Positions 30,920 to 41,345 of a stretch of DNA of 64,000 nucleotides are shown piece by piece. The stretch spans positions 32,001 to 96,000 of IMG/VR virus record IMGVR_UViG_3300013121_000024. One strand, 5' to 3'. The notes below the pieces were generated by a model. That model was not told where the DNA came from. It was given only the letters and a program-made list of their open reading frames with translations, and made no database searches. This DNA comes from a virus (taxonomy: Duplodnaviria; Caudoviricetes). Both the position numbers and the translations under genes were made by a program. Positions within the stretch are counted from its first letter, which is position 1; the number at the start of each line of letters is the position of its first letter.

Positions 30920-31675
30920 TTATAAGTTGGCAGCCTGTACATGCATCCAATCAAAATCTCTAGTTCTTCCGAGAGACGTCCAACCCTCAGATTCCCACAA
31001 TTCCCACCATTTGTTATATTCCGGTTGAGCAAATCTGGCTTTACGGTGATCCAATCTCATTTCATTATGCTCGGCATCCCAATCGATTGCTATTCCCCAT
31101 GAGTGCATGCTGTATGAGTTACCACCTCTCATCTTTCGAACATTTAAGCTACCAGACCAAAGATCGAGACCAAGTCGCCTAATTTCATCGATGCCATAGT
31201 GTTTAAGGACCGCCTTGAGTACTCTATTTGCACTAGGAGCGACTTTCTTGTGTAAAGAGAACCGCTCTACTAATATTTTTGGAGACCAAGAAATCTTACA
31301 CTGATAAGGCAACTCTAACATAACCTGGTTCTCACCCACATCACCATAAAATTCATAAACATCTTTTTGGAAAGGCCATTGGTTATCTGTTGTGTTATTT
31401 ACTTCTGAACTTTTACCGGAGTCTCTTACTTGTTGATTTTGGAATTCTTCAAGTGCCTTATAATAAACTGGGCCCATAAACCCATCTATGCGGCCACTAT
31501 AAAAACTGGACATCATGACCTGTTGGACACCGACTGATAGTCGTGCATTGTTCCAGCCATCGGTATCAACGCCTCGTGATTCTAGTAAATCTTTGGCGGC
31601 CTCTCGTGTCTTAGGACCCCATTTGCCATCCGGAACCTGTCCCAGAAACTCCTGTACCTGTCTACTAGCAATCAC
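30920..31675 (-). CDS. M15-family peptidoglycan peptidase with peptidoglycan-binding domain
   Basis: DGKWGPKT/DGFMGP repeats, R...SMHSWGIAID...DWMHVQ; GTG start at 31675 after AAGGA (the longer ORF overlaps tRNA genes). Confidence 0.85.
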   Translation of the reverse strand: MIASRQVQEFLGQVPDGKWGPKTREAAKDLLESRGVDTDGWNNARLSVGVQQVMMSSFYSGRIDGFMGPVYYKALEEFQNQQVRDSGKSSEVNNTTDNQWPFQKDVYEFYGDVGENQVMLELPYQCKISWSPKILVERFSLHKKVAPSANRVLKAVLKHYGIDEIRRLGLDLWSGSLNVRKMRGGNSYSMHSWGIAIDWDAEHNEMRLDHRKARFAQPEYNKWWELWESEGWTSLGRTRDFDWMHVQAANL

Positions 31676-31704
31676 CGTGATATCCTTTTTGTTTTTATTG
31701 AAAT

Positions 31705-31780
31705 TGGTGGAGCCTAAGGGGATCGAACCCTTCCCTCCGCATTGCAAGTGCGGCGCGCCGCCCACGGCCACTGAGACCCC
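31705..31780 (-). tRNA. tRNA-Ala(UGC)
   Basis: Loop CTTGCAA, G3:U70, CCA. Confidence 0.85.
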
Positions 31781-31786
31781 ATTAAA

Positions 31787-31936
31787 TGGTATGCGAAACA
31801 GGATTTGATACCTGTAATGTCCATCGTCCATTGCATTTATACTATCCTAAAGTTATCCTAGGTTCTCAGGATACTTAATACAACGCCAACAAACCTCCCG
31901 GCTAACCCGGGCGAGTCTACATTCCTCCATTCGCAT
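31787..31936 (-). ncRNA. 150-nt tRNA-like RNA with the anticodon arm replaced by a large insert
   Basis: ATGCGAA/TTCGCAT-A-CCA acceptor, D-arm, T-arm-like ACAGGTATCAAATCCTGT, about 90-100 nt between D and T arms. Confidence 0.6.
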
Positions 31937-31942
31937 GTAAAA

Positions 31943-32075
31943 TGTTGAGATAAACCAGTCAAGATTTGAACTTGTCCTCCTCCTTTATGTTTATGGGAGG
32001 TGTGCTATCCAAATTACACCATATTGGACCAGAATTTACAACACCGACCAGGGCATTGTTTTACTGTTCTCTCAC
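31943..32075 (-). ncRNA. tRNA-body RNA without CCA, closed by a terminal stem
   Basis: D-arm GGTGTAATTTGGATAGCAC, CTCC/GGAG arm, T-arm CAAGTTCAAATCTTG; 5' TGAGA-GAACAGTAA pairs with 3' TCTCA. Confidence 0.45.
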
Positions 32076-32156
32076 AACTCTGTTTCCGTTCTCTGGTCAT
32101 ACTAGGAAACTGGTTGAGTAACTAATATCTCTTTTTTTCGAGGAAAGGACCAAAGT

Positions 32157-32232
32157 TGGTGCTCCCGGTAGGATTTGAACCCACAACCTATCCGTTATGA
32201 GCGAACGGCTCTAACCATTGAGCTACAGGAGC
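32157..32232 (-). tRNA. tRNA-Met/Ile2(CAU)
   Basis: Loop CTCATAA, CCA. Confidence 0.85.
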
Positions 32233-32239
32233 ATGTTCT

Positions 32240-32527
32240 TTACATAACCTCTCCATAAGGAGTCTTCGGAGGACCAGAGCGACCTGGATCTGTGAAGTTC
32301 CAACTGGACTTGTCGTTATTCGCCTTTCTCATAGACGCGGCCTTTCTTGGACCCTTTTTAGCGGCCTCCGCGGAGGAAGAATGAGTAGAAATCTTTATCC
32401 ACGGATCTAGACCAGCTTTAGCGTGCGGCTCACTATATTCTTCATAGTGGTATACAGTTTCTTGTCTAACGCGGCCGCGAGGTTTGACCGGTTTAGTTTT
32501 TTCCAATAATTCGGAAAATTTCTTCAT
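32240..32527 (-). CDS. Small basic late protein, possible internal head protein
   Basis: Starts MKKFSELLE; TATAAATA at 32563-32570 upstream. Confidence 0.55.
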   Translation of the reverse strand: MKKFSELLEKTKPVKPRGRVRQETVYHYEEYSEPHAKAGLDPWIKISTHSSSAEAAKKGPRKAASMRKANNDKSSWNFTDPGRSGPPKTPYGEVM

Positions 32528-32625
32528 GTGTGATCCTTTGAATTGTGTTTTTTTGTGTATATTATTTATAAATAAACAAACTTCAATTCGCAAGCAACCA
32601 ACTATTACAAATTCTCCAAATATGC

Positions 32626-32699
32626 TGGTTCTCCCAGCCGGATTCGAGCCGACTCCTCTACCATGTCGCGGTAGTGCACTACCATTATGCAATGGGAGA
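32626..32699 (-). tRNA. tRNA-Val(GAC)
   Basis: CTACC-GCGACAT-GGTAG, CCA. Confidence 0.75.
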
Positions 32700-32797
32700 A
32701 TAAAGGTATAAAGGTATAAAAGTAACTTGGCGGGTACTCTTTTTCCGGCTGTTGAGGCCTTTTGCGCAATTTCCCTCTTATCAATCTGCCAAGTTAT

Positions 32798-32873
32798 TGG
32801 TACCCGATCAAGGTTATGCTCCCTGCCATGTCTCGGTGTAAACGAGGTGCCGTCACTAGCTGGCTCATCGGGC
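32798..32873 (-). tRNA. tRNA-Val(UAC)
   Basis: Loop TTTACAC, CCA; atypical T-loop. Confidence 0.75.
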
Positions 32874-32879
32874 ATTAAA

Positions 32880-32953
32880 TGGTGCTTCTAGGAGGTAACG
32901 ATCCTCCGTCTTCCGGTTATCGGCCGGGTGCTCTACCATTGAGCTATAGAAGC
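32880..32953 (-). tRNA. tRNA-Ile(GAU)
   Basis: Loop CCGATAA, CCA. Confidence 0.8.
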
Positions 32954-32961
32954 ATTAATTG

Positions 32962-33270
32962 TTATTCTCCACTTCCGGTATTAAAGGCATTCATAAACGG
33001 AAGGCCGGCATTGGCACCATACTTCCTGAGTACCCAAATAGCATTGGGGTCACACACGCCTTCCTTATAAGTACAACCGGCAACATGATAACCAGTCTTT
33101 TCGTTGTCAGTCTTGGTCAATGCACCAGAAATTTGGTATCCATTAGGACCATACATCCGGGCATATTGGTTACCATTATCGCCCATTTCCAAGGTGTCGC
33201 GCACGTCCCCAGCAAAACTTGGAGTAGACACACAAAGGGCGGCCGACAAACTCAACATCTTCATATTCAT
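32962..33270 (-). CDS. Secreted hypothetical protein
   Basis: Signal peptide MKMLSLSAALCVSTPSFA. Confidence 0.5.
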   Translation of the reverse strand: MNMKMLSLSAALCVSTPSFAGDVRDTLEMGDNGNQYARMYGPNGYQISGALTKTDNEKTGYHVAGCTYKEGVCDPNAIWVLRKYGANAGLPFMNAFNTGSGE

Positions 33271-33664
33271 GATTTTTCATCCTTTCATTTTTAAGGCTGT
33301 TCAGGTAGATATTAAGGCATTAAATTCCATGTTGAAAGAAACTTGTATCCAACATCACAGGATACATAATCCGATCCTTGCATTCCTTGTTCAGAATAAC
33401 TTACATCCGATGTATCAAATCCAAGTTTCGTCAATTGCTCACACAACTCTTTTTCAAAAAGGCCATCTGTATAAATCAGACCATTTTCCTGATTAATCCA
33501 GGTACTCTTATCGAAGTAAACCCGCAATTCACCAAACTTGCTGTTTAACGGATCAACAGCAAGTCTAATGCAGTGAACAGGCTTCCGGACTCTTGTCCAA
33601 AAACCATCACCAGCGGTATTACACCAAAAATCAACTTTCATTGTTCCGTTTTTCCTCATTATAA

Positions 33665-33742
33665 TGGCAGGAATAACCGGACTCGAACCGGCATTTTTCA
33701 GATTGAAAGTCTGATGTCCTATTCCAATTAGACGATATTCCC
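33665..33742 (-). tRNA. tRNA-Glu(UUC)
   Basis: Loop CTTTCAA, CCA. Confidence 0.9.
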
Positions 33743-34016
33743 TTAAGACAGTATATTATTTATACCATGTGGATGTTTATAAGGCAACACGAAATTATGT
33801 AACAATTACATACGGTCCTTAAACCTAGCATGCTTTATCCATTCCTTGCTAGGCATATATTCATCCAGTTTGTTCTCCAACATGGTCAGGGCGCTCATTG
33901 TAAGTCCTGATCTAATGAGGTCTCTAACTTCTATAAGGTCCCTCAACACCTTAAGGTTTATGGGACCAACGGTAGGATCAACACCCGTGTATTTCATTTT
34001 ATCAAGTTCCAAAGAG

Positions 34017-34093
34017 TGGTGCTTCTGGAAGGACTCGAACCCTCAGCTTCCAAATTCGTAATCTGGTACTCTATCCTGTTGAGTTACAGAAGC
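34017..34093 (-). tRNA. tRNA-Arg(ACG)
   Basis: Loop TTACGAA, CCA. Confidence 0.85.
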
Positions 34094-34095
34094 TA

Positions 34096-34170
34096 TGGCA
34101 ATCTTGAGCGGATTCGAACCGCCGTTTCGGCCTTGAGAGGGCCGCGTCCTGGCCACTAGACGACAAGATC
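34096..34170 (-). tRNA. tRNA-Glu(CUC)
   Basis: Loop CTCTCAA, CCA. Confidence 0.9.
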
Positions 34171-34184
34171 AATGCCAGTTTTTC

Positions 34185-34562
34185 TTAGTCCCTAACCTGT
34201 CTCCAGCCCTCTGGAGTATGCTCTCTCTGTCGTCTCACTTCATACAATCCGACACTGAACATAATAGGTTTATGGGTATCATACGACCTCAGGTGGTCCA
34301 GTGTAGTAGGCCTATTAACCTTCAACCACGAATTCAAAGGATCATCACCTGTGAACATTTGCACGTTTGGTGTGTCATCCTCCTCATATTCTGGACGGTC
34401 CAATACCATCACGTGGTTATGGCCCGTTTCACTATGGGTGACAACAATTTGTCCATGTTCAGGTAAAACTTCCTTCATACCAGAAGGAATAGAGTCAACC
34501 TTGATGAACAAAACATCACCCTGGGCCGATACCTTATTAAATGTCACGTAGTTCTTTTTCAT
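34185..34562 (-). CDS. Conserved His-rich partner of DUF6745 proteins
   Basis: QGDVL...HSETGHNH...H.....H..I....G.YEVRRQRE. Confidence 0.6.
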   Translation of the reverse strand: MKKNYVTFNKVSAQGDVLFIKVDSIPSGMKEVLPEHGQIVVTHSETGHNHVMVLDRPEYEEDDTPNVQMFTGDDPLNSWLKVNRPTTLDHLRSYDTHKPIMFSVGLYEVRRQREHTPEGWRQVRD

Positions 34563-35737
34563 GTTCTTACCTCCGGTACAATAAAATCTTTAGTATTCAG
34601 TCCCCAGGTCCAAGCCTGGGCCTCAAGTGCAGTATTAACCTCTTTGGGCACAGGAAGCGCAAATTCTCTATTTGTACCACAAAGTACCTTCAAGAACCTT
34701 TCTTTTCCTGCATCCGGTAGCGTGACTTCCAACAGTTCGCCCACCATTGGATCTGGATGCTTATTTATGCAAACCGCATTCAGTTGTTCCAGGATTTTAT
34801 TCCAACCCAGAATTTCACAGCCGGCCCGGCGTTGTTCGATATTCGATGTGAGCAGAACGTCCTGTGGATTTATGGATGACTTATTCATAATCCAATTTTT
34901 AGGAACACTCACACCGTGCCAGAAGTACAGCTTAAAGGTGTCACCATAATCGATTGCCGGACCAGTTTCACTATGTAATCTACCCTGGTCATCTTTCTTG
35001 ATGCCATGTGGTCTTTCACATACCATGATAAAATTCTTGTTCGGCCAATAGTAACCGGCCGACCTGCAAATTTCACCCTCAGCTTTGATATATCTCCACA
35101 CCTTTGGATTTTCAGACTGATCGATGCCAAGCATCAAACAGGTTTCCACGAAAGCTGGCCAATTAATCCAGAACTGACCACCACGCCATGTATGCCACCA
35201 AATAACACTTTTCTTGGCAGACTTAAATCCGTTTGTCAAATTCTTTTTGATGTCATTTTTATTTTTATTCGACTTGCCGGCCGGAAGTTGAGACTTGACA
35301 TTCTCCAACACAGTACGAACAATTGTGGAGACGATTTCACCTTCCGCCTCTCGGGAAATTCTGGTGTCATTCTTGGATGTGATAAAATCTTTAATTACCG
35401 TTTCCGAAAAGTTCCTTGTAACATCCTCCAGCACTTCCAACAGTTCTGTAGAAGTTTCCTTATAGCCAAGCGAATGAAAGACATCGATAAGGGTGCTAGA
35501 AATCGGTGCTGCAAGTGCACCTACAATTGGACTATTCACCCAGACAATAGGAACTGTCGCATTCAAATTAATATCGGTGTACAATTCACGAAAAGCCTTT
35601 TCGGCCCTATTTCGATCGGCCGGTTCACATCGAAGACCATCCTCAATGGCCTTTTTTACAATGTCCGGGAACTTGGCCTTTAGGTCTTCTGGAATATAAC
35701 TAATCTTCTTTGACATTACTTTCACCTTTTTTATCAT
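34559..35737 (-). CDS. DUF6745-domain protein
   Basis: PADR..AE..F..LY...IVWVNSP; GYYWP......CERP...DDQGRLH...GPAI.Y.D...Y.WHGV.VP; N.EQRR; LKV.CGT.REF..PVP...A.AWTWGL. Confidence 0.7.
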   Translation of the reverse strand: MIKKVKVMSKKISYIPEDLKAKFPDIVKKAIEDGLRCEPADRNRAEKAFRELYTDINLNATVPIVWVNSPIVGALAAPISSTLIDVFHSLGYKETSTELLEVLEDVTRNFSETVIKDFITSKNDTRISREAEGEIVSTIVRTVLENVKSQLPAGKSNKNKNDIKKNLTNGFKSAKKSVIWWHTWRGGQFWINWPAFVETCLMLGIDQSENPKVWRYIKAEGEICRSAGYYWPNKNFIMVCERPHGIKKDDQGRLHSETGPAIDYGDTFKLYFWHGVSVPKNWIMNKSSINPQDVLLTSNIEQRRAGCEILGWNKILEQLNAVCINKHPDPMVGELLEVTLPDAGKERFLKVLCGTNREFALPVPKEVNTALEAQAWTWGLNTKDFIVPEVRT

Positions 35738-35755
35738 GGTTATAAACTGTAGTGA

Positions 35756-35839
35756 TGGAGAACCGGTGAGGTTACGCTCCCCTTGCGGCGGGATTAAAAG
35801 CCCCGTGTCGGCACTAGCCTGACTGTACGCTACCGGTCC
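35756..35839 (-). tRNA. tRNA-Lys(UUU), atypical D and T loops
   Basis: Loop CTTTTAA, GGACCGG/CCGGTTC acceptor, CCA. Confidence 0.65.
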
Positions 35840-36130
35840 TTACTTGTCAACTTCTTTTTTTATTTGATGTTACAAACTCCAAACAACTTTTCAAATATTT
35901 CCTTAGGTCCATAGGTACTCCATCGTACTCCTTTATAGTCCCAAATTCCACAATGTACACCGTCGGCCTCAAATCCCCAGCTATATTTTACCTTCGATGG
36001 GTCATCATCAATGTTAGGTTCAAAACCAAGCACATTATTGATATCAGTCACGGTGAGAGCGCCGTTAAGTGTTCCCATACGAAAACTTCCGCATCTATCA
36101 ACGGGTTTAATATCCATGTTTTTCTCCATG

Positions 36131-36206
36131 ATGGTACCGTGGCCTGGTATCGATCCGGGTTCCTTTGTTCCACAGACAAATGCTTTACCTTTAAGCTACG
36201 CACGGC
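36131..36206 (-). tRNA. tRNA-His(GUG) with A73
   Basis: Loop CTGTGGA; 3' CACGGT-A-CCA. Confidence 0.8.
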
Positions 36207-36557
36207 ATAATATATTATTTATGGTGTGGATTCCAATATAATTGAACCAAAGAATGGCTTATAATTTGAAAGGATCCAAGCTAGACTTCTACTCCTCTCA
36301 TCAGAATTAATTGCCGGCATATACCACAAAAAATCAGGAGGACTCTTAAGCGATGAATTGGAAGAAAGAACCAAACCTCGAAAATGAGGCACAGGTACCT
36401 TAACCTCTTGTATAAGGACGATTTCCTTTGAGTTACGATCCTCCATCATTCTGGGCTGATCAAGAAACCACTTTTCATTGTCCTTATAAGAGGTGCTTGT
36501 CTTCTCAACAATTTTCGACGTCACTTCCATATCATTCTTCCTTTAATTTTAGTTTAA

Positions 36558-36647
36558 TGGCTCCTTGGGCAGGACTCGAACCTGCATAGCTTTTTAGGGC
36601 ATACGTCGCGTTAACAGCGCGGTCTCTTACCATTAGAGTACCAAGGA
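36558..36647 (-). tRNA. tRNA-Asn(GUU) with extended variable region
   Basis: Loop CTGTTAA, G73-CCA, ~18-nt variable segment. Confidence 0.8.
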
Positions 36648-36651
36648 ATAT

Positions 36652-36734
36652 TGGTGCCTAGAGAGGGACTCGAACCCCCGGTGTTTGAATTCCTCCTTAC
36701 AAGAGAGGTGCCGTCGCCGCTGGGCCACCTAGGC
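36652..36734 (-). tRNA. tRNA-Thr(UGU)
   Basis: Loop CTTGTAA, CCA. Confidence 0.85.
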
Positions 36735-36813
36735 ATGATAATAGTATACAACACCGTTTCTCTACCGTCTTTTACAGAACCATCCGGGCCCTGATCGTAT
36801 ACTATTAGAAAAT

Positions 36814-36889
36814 TGGCGATGCTGAAGGGGATCGAACCCTCCGATATCGATTAGACAGACCGACGTGTTCACCAGTTCACCACAGCACC
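36814..36889 (-). tRNA. tRNA-Asp(GUC)
   Basis: Loop CTGTCTA, G73-CCA. Confidence 0.85.
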
Positions 36890-37426
36890 ATTTTTTAGTT
36901 ATATATTTAGCAAAAAGAATTTCTCACCATCATATTCCACATCGACATAATCAACCTTGATGTTTTCGGCCGTAGCCTCCCAGTCGATCTCAATAAATCC
37001 TGGAATATCTTTGGGAATGTATCCAATATCAATTAACATATCTTTGACATAATCAACCCACTTCGCCTCGGGAATGATTGACACACCATACTCCCAATCC
37101 GAAGAATATTTTTCGCACGTATTCACAAATTCCTGCAACTTATCGATATCAAGCTGAAGGTGGTCCAGACTATCCCCCGTCATGTCTTCCAGTTCATCCT
37201 TAAGATGACCTAGATAGCCAACCACATCACGACTATCGATGATATCAGAATGATCAAATGGATTATTCATTTTCCATCATCTCCAAGCTTCAGTTGGCCT
37301 CAGTTGAGTCTTAATCATATTAACATTACCATCAGACAAGTCAACCAGTAAAATTCTCTAGTAATTATAAGAGGTTGACTTGTGTGGTGGTAAAACATGC
37401 CAGGATTCAGTTGACAACCCGACATG

Positions 37427-37790
37427 GTAACGCCTATTTGTTATTGTCGTTCAGGCCCATACATACTACTTTATCATAAGTTTATCATACAAACAGTCTA
37501 TACAATTAGATATTTATTTTAGCTGGCTACGTCATTTTTTTAGTAACCTCCGTCAAGTGCATTGGCAACTTTCGCCAGCCACCTGATCGGCAGCGTGCTT
37601 GCCAGCTTAAAAGACACACGGAAAAGCTGACGAGCATTCCAGCGTTACCTCCTTCTTCATTGTAGCGCATTGCGTAACGCCTATTTGTTATTGTCGTTCA
37701 GGCCCATACATACTACTTTATCATAAGTTTATCATACAAACAGTCTATACAATTAGATATTTATTTTAGCTGGCTACGTCATTTTTTTAG
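37427..37790. repeat. 117-bp perfect direct repeat (37427-37543 and 37674-37790) in non-coding DNA
   Basis: Two identical copies separated by 130 bp. Confidence 0.9.
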
Positions 37791-38405
37791 ACCCTCCTGA
37801 TCTATTAATCGATTACATAGGTTATACACTCAACGTTATTCTTGGAATTATACCAAGAATTCTCTACCATACAGAGAATAAAAAATGGTCTTTGCCTCAT
37901 CTAAATCCTTGGACGAAAGAATCCTTTCGTCCAAAAGGAGTTGAAACATCAACCCACGATCAACCATCCTATTGTAGGAAGGTTCGTATACCGAAACATA
38001 CGGAGTTTCCTTTGTTTCCCCAACACCATAAGTCTTGGGGAAACTCTTTTTTAACCGTGTGTTTTTAGAGGACATCGTGTGTCACGCCATTTGTTCATTC
38101 ATCATATTTAGATAATATATGATTCTGTGATCAGGTCAACCATGAAAATCTTTAATAATTTCAACTAGTTAACGATTAATCGCTTTCCGTCACATAGACA
38201 TACTCATCCTCTATTGTCATTAGAGCAGATAACAGAGGATTTGGATACGTACTAATATAACTCTCGGCTGATTCTCTAGAATAGCATACCTTCATAATAA
38301 CTTTACCAGGAGGCCATGCTATCCATGATGGAATCATTACCTTAAAAATAATGATTTTAGATTCAGAAGTCTCTTTATTCTTTTTCATATCCCATCAACC
38401 CCATC

Positions 38406-38459
38406 TGGTGGCCCATAAACCTGCCCGGAACGCTCTTCCTGCACTGTTTATGGGCCACC
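38406..38459 (-). terminator. Strong hairpin downstream of the DUF2828 gene
   Basis: GGTGGCCCATAAAC...GTTTATGGGCCACC inverted repeat; no clear U-run. Confidence 0.45.
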
Positions 38460-38471
38460 GCACATCCTTTT

Positions 38472-39938
38472 TTAAACTGTAAGACCTTCAACATCGTAAC
38501 GCGGAACGTTAAGTGTTGCTAACATTACAGATTCCGGTGTGTAATTCTCAAGATCGGACTTCAAGATGGACTTGAAGATGGACGGTGAGAATCCAGATAT
38601 GATTGCAGTACCGGATTCATGCATCGACACAGGGTTGTTATCGGCCCGGCCGTTGAGGTACCAGAATACGACCTTCGGTAAGGTATATCCAGCTCTTTCA
38701 AACTTGGCCTTGGCCACGTCAAAGTTGGTGACCCTCTCCCTCTTATAACCAGAAGATCCAACGTTAACACAGGAATCAAATTCCATGTCCGAAAGTATCA
38801 ACAGGATCTTTGGCATATCCTCATTGGAGACGTTGTTACGCTTTGCCAAAGACAAGATTTCGTCAAAAGCGGACTGGATATTGGTATTCATACCCCAATC
38901 TGCCCTACACATTTGTAGGTACTTGTTGACGATATTACCGGACAAGAATTGAATTCTTGGTTTATCCGAGAAAGACATGAACGCACCAGCAAACGGACCG
39001 GTTTGCTTATCAGCACAATATAGACCAATAGACGTAGAGATGTCCAAAGGTACAATATTAGACTTGACGTGGTCGCGCTGGCCATAATAAGACCAACTTG
39101 TCATAGAACCTGACACATCAACTACCGGTAGAATTTTATCATCACCTAGGAAGTTTGGTAATGCATCCCACTGCGCTGTTGCCACCTCACGGTCACCCTC
39201 ACGGATAGACTTTATAACATCGTATGGATAAACAGCACCAGCATTGATCTTGCGCTCGGTTGTACCATCATCCTTCACCTTTACCAGTCCGGCCTTGTAC
39301 AGTCCATACTCCGATGGAGCATGACGACCAAAAGCCTTCTGATATCTGGCCGAGGCCAGAGACGGAACATGGTCGAACACAATTTCGGTCCACTTATTAG
39401 CACACATATTGGACTCGACCACCTTAGTCAGATTGACCAAAGTCTTACGATAGGCCTTTGGAGATAAACCTAAGTAACGACGGAGCTCCACGGCCATGGC
39501 ACCCTTTCTCGGCATCCACTTCGCCGTCAAACCATTACCAGCTTGTAAAGCCCCGGCGATAAGTTTGAAAGCCTCTGACTTCACACGATCAGACTCGAAC
39601 ACCAACAGGTCATCCCAACGACCTAATTCTGGAATCTTCGGAAGCATACGAATTAACGAAGATTCGTAATGGGTCTCGAAGTGCTTTAAAAGGTTACGGA
39701 AAGTCTGTCGTTCACCTGCACCTCCGCGAACATCTCGTGTCCACAGAGCAATACGGAATGCCAACTTTGGGTCATGGTTATATGCTAGGTCGAATTCACG
39801 GCCAAGTGAAACACCACGATTACCGGCAGCACCAAAAAAGTCAAGGCATGGGTTACCAGTGGTTACAAGTGTGTCAGCACCATTGAAAGTCTTGCCAAAC
39901 TTGGATTCGGAACGAACTGCATTCATAAATGTGGACAT
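38472..39938 (-). CDS. DUF2828 family TROVE/Ro60-like helical domain plus vWA protein
   Basis: T.NGA...TTG..CLDFF, RDVRGG.GER, GRWDDL, AKWMPR, YRK.L, VPS.AS..Y.KAF.RH, YPYDV; vWA DVSGSM, WGMNTN, SDMEFD, VVFW, SGFSP. Confidence 0.85.
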   Translation of the reverse strand: MSTFMNAVRSESKFGKTFNGADTLVTTGNPCLDFFGAAGNRGVSLGREFDLAYNHDPKLAFRIALWTRDVRGGAGERQTFRNLLKHFETHYESSLIRMLPKIPELGRWDDLLVFESDRVKSEAFKLIAGALQAGNGLTAKWMPRKGAMAVELRRYLGLSPKAYRKTLVNLTKVVESNMCANKWTEIVFDHVPSLASARYQKAFGRHAPSEYGLYKAGLVKVKDDGTTERKINAGAVYPYDVIKSIREGDREVATAQWDALPNFLGDDKILPVVDVSGSMTSWSYYGQRDHVKSNIVPLDISTSIGLYCADKQTGPFAGAFMSFSDKPRIQFLSGNIVNKYLQMCRADWGMNTNIQSAFDEILSLAKRNNVSNEDMPKILLILSDMEFDSCVNVGSSGYKRERVTNFDVAKAKFERAGYTLPKVVFWYLNGRADNNPVSMHESGTAIISGFSPSIFKSILKSDLENYTPESVMLATLNVPRYDVEGLTV

Positions 39939-39959
39939 AATTATTCCTTTCAATTTTTC

Positions 39960-40992
39960 GGGTTTATTTTTATTTCTCCGGCCTTCCCGGAAACCCCCAT
40001 TGGAGGAGGGTTTTGGAATCGAACCAAATATTTTTTGCTGCTGTATTAAACCCAGAGCAATAATAATCTATTAAACTGTATCATATTTTCTTTGCTTTCC
40101 GTTGCTCTGCTACTGAGCTAACCCCACATCATAACTCCACGAAACTAGTTCCCTACCACTCGGGCACGGAATACATGTAATCCCTTCTATTCATGGGTTG
40201 TGGTATCGCTCCATGTCGTGGAGTTATGGTGTGGGGTCTTGGAGTTGCACCAAGGACCGTCGGATTGTTAATTGTTTTATTGCGGTAATGATACACATTA
40301 ATATAATTAATATACGGTACCGGTAAAAACCACCGGTACCGTTAACCTACCGGGATCGCTTTTTCGACTTTGGTTTGCTTTACAATGCAAGTGTCTATTT
40401 GTTTGCTGAAACGATCCCTGTTCTTGTATTCATTTATTATGATTCAGTCTACCATTTTTTTAAAGTAGACGCAGACTCAACCCGCCGCAACTAATCACTT
40501 ACCAGGTGACCTTGCCGACGGCACCGCCATACTACTCTATGTGGATTGGTAATCCACAGTTTTATACGGAATGACTTTTTTGTTGACTAACCTTTAGTCT
40601 ATTTTCCAGATTATGGATGGAAAAGTTGGATTCGAACCAACATTACACAATTATGTGTTTTTTTTTGCTGAAATCATTCCAAAAATAATGGTGGGTGGTG
40701 GACGGAATCGAACCTCTTGCCCTAAGGACCGCGTTTACAGCGCGGCGACGCCACCAGGCTGTCCTTATTAGCACCACCCTAACTCGAATTACTATTTATA
40801 CTATTCATTTTTTCAGGATGTGTCTTTTTGCTATTACATATACAAACATATAAGCAGTTTAAGTTGCTGAAAACATCCTATTTTCTATAATACTGGTTGT
40901 GTGTTTTTGATCCGGAATCGAACCGGTTCTTTCGTTTGATATACGAATGCCCTACCATTGAGCTATCTTTATTTTATTGCTGAACACAACCA
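39960..40992 (-). ncRNA. Array of six stem-closed CAGCAA-motif RNAs (Y RNA/YrlA-like candidates)
   Basis: Units 40894-40992, 40815-40879, 40568-40680, 40352-40418, 40077-40295, 39960-40053, each with complementary termini followed by a C(A/C)GCA motif. Confidence 0.75.
40689..40779 (-). tRNA. tRNA-Tyr(GUA), extended D region
   Basis: Loop CTGTAAA, V-arm, A73-CCA. Confidence 0.75.
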
Positions 40993-41345
40993 CATTCGGA
41001 GGGGCGATCCTTTCAGATACTTTAGGACAAATTGCTTTGTCCTTTATCCTTACGACCCCAAACTTTATTAAAGAAGTTCATTTCCTTAATATACGTTACC
41101 AATATGTATTATTCAAGTGGCACAAACATTATTAATATCTGGACCACCTTTTTCTCTATTAAAAGAGAAAGGAAATTTGCCAATCTAGCCCCTTAGGACC
41201 CCACCAGGGATGCGTCAAACAACCGGTTCTACCGGACCGAGGTGGATTTTTATCGCCGTCGATTGGAAGACGGCTTACACAATAACTTCAAGAAATATTA
41301 ATGTTACCAAATTCTAGACACTCAATATTTCATTTCAGTTTCTTC

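Noticed and set aside
31676-32875. N-terminal extensions of ORFs 30920-31831 and 32240-32875
   Set aside because: The extensions run through tRNA genes; better starts lie at 31675 and 32527
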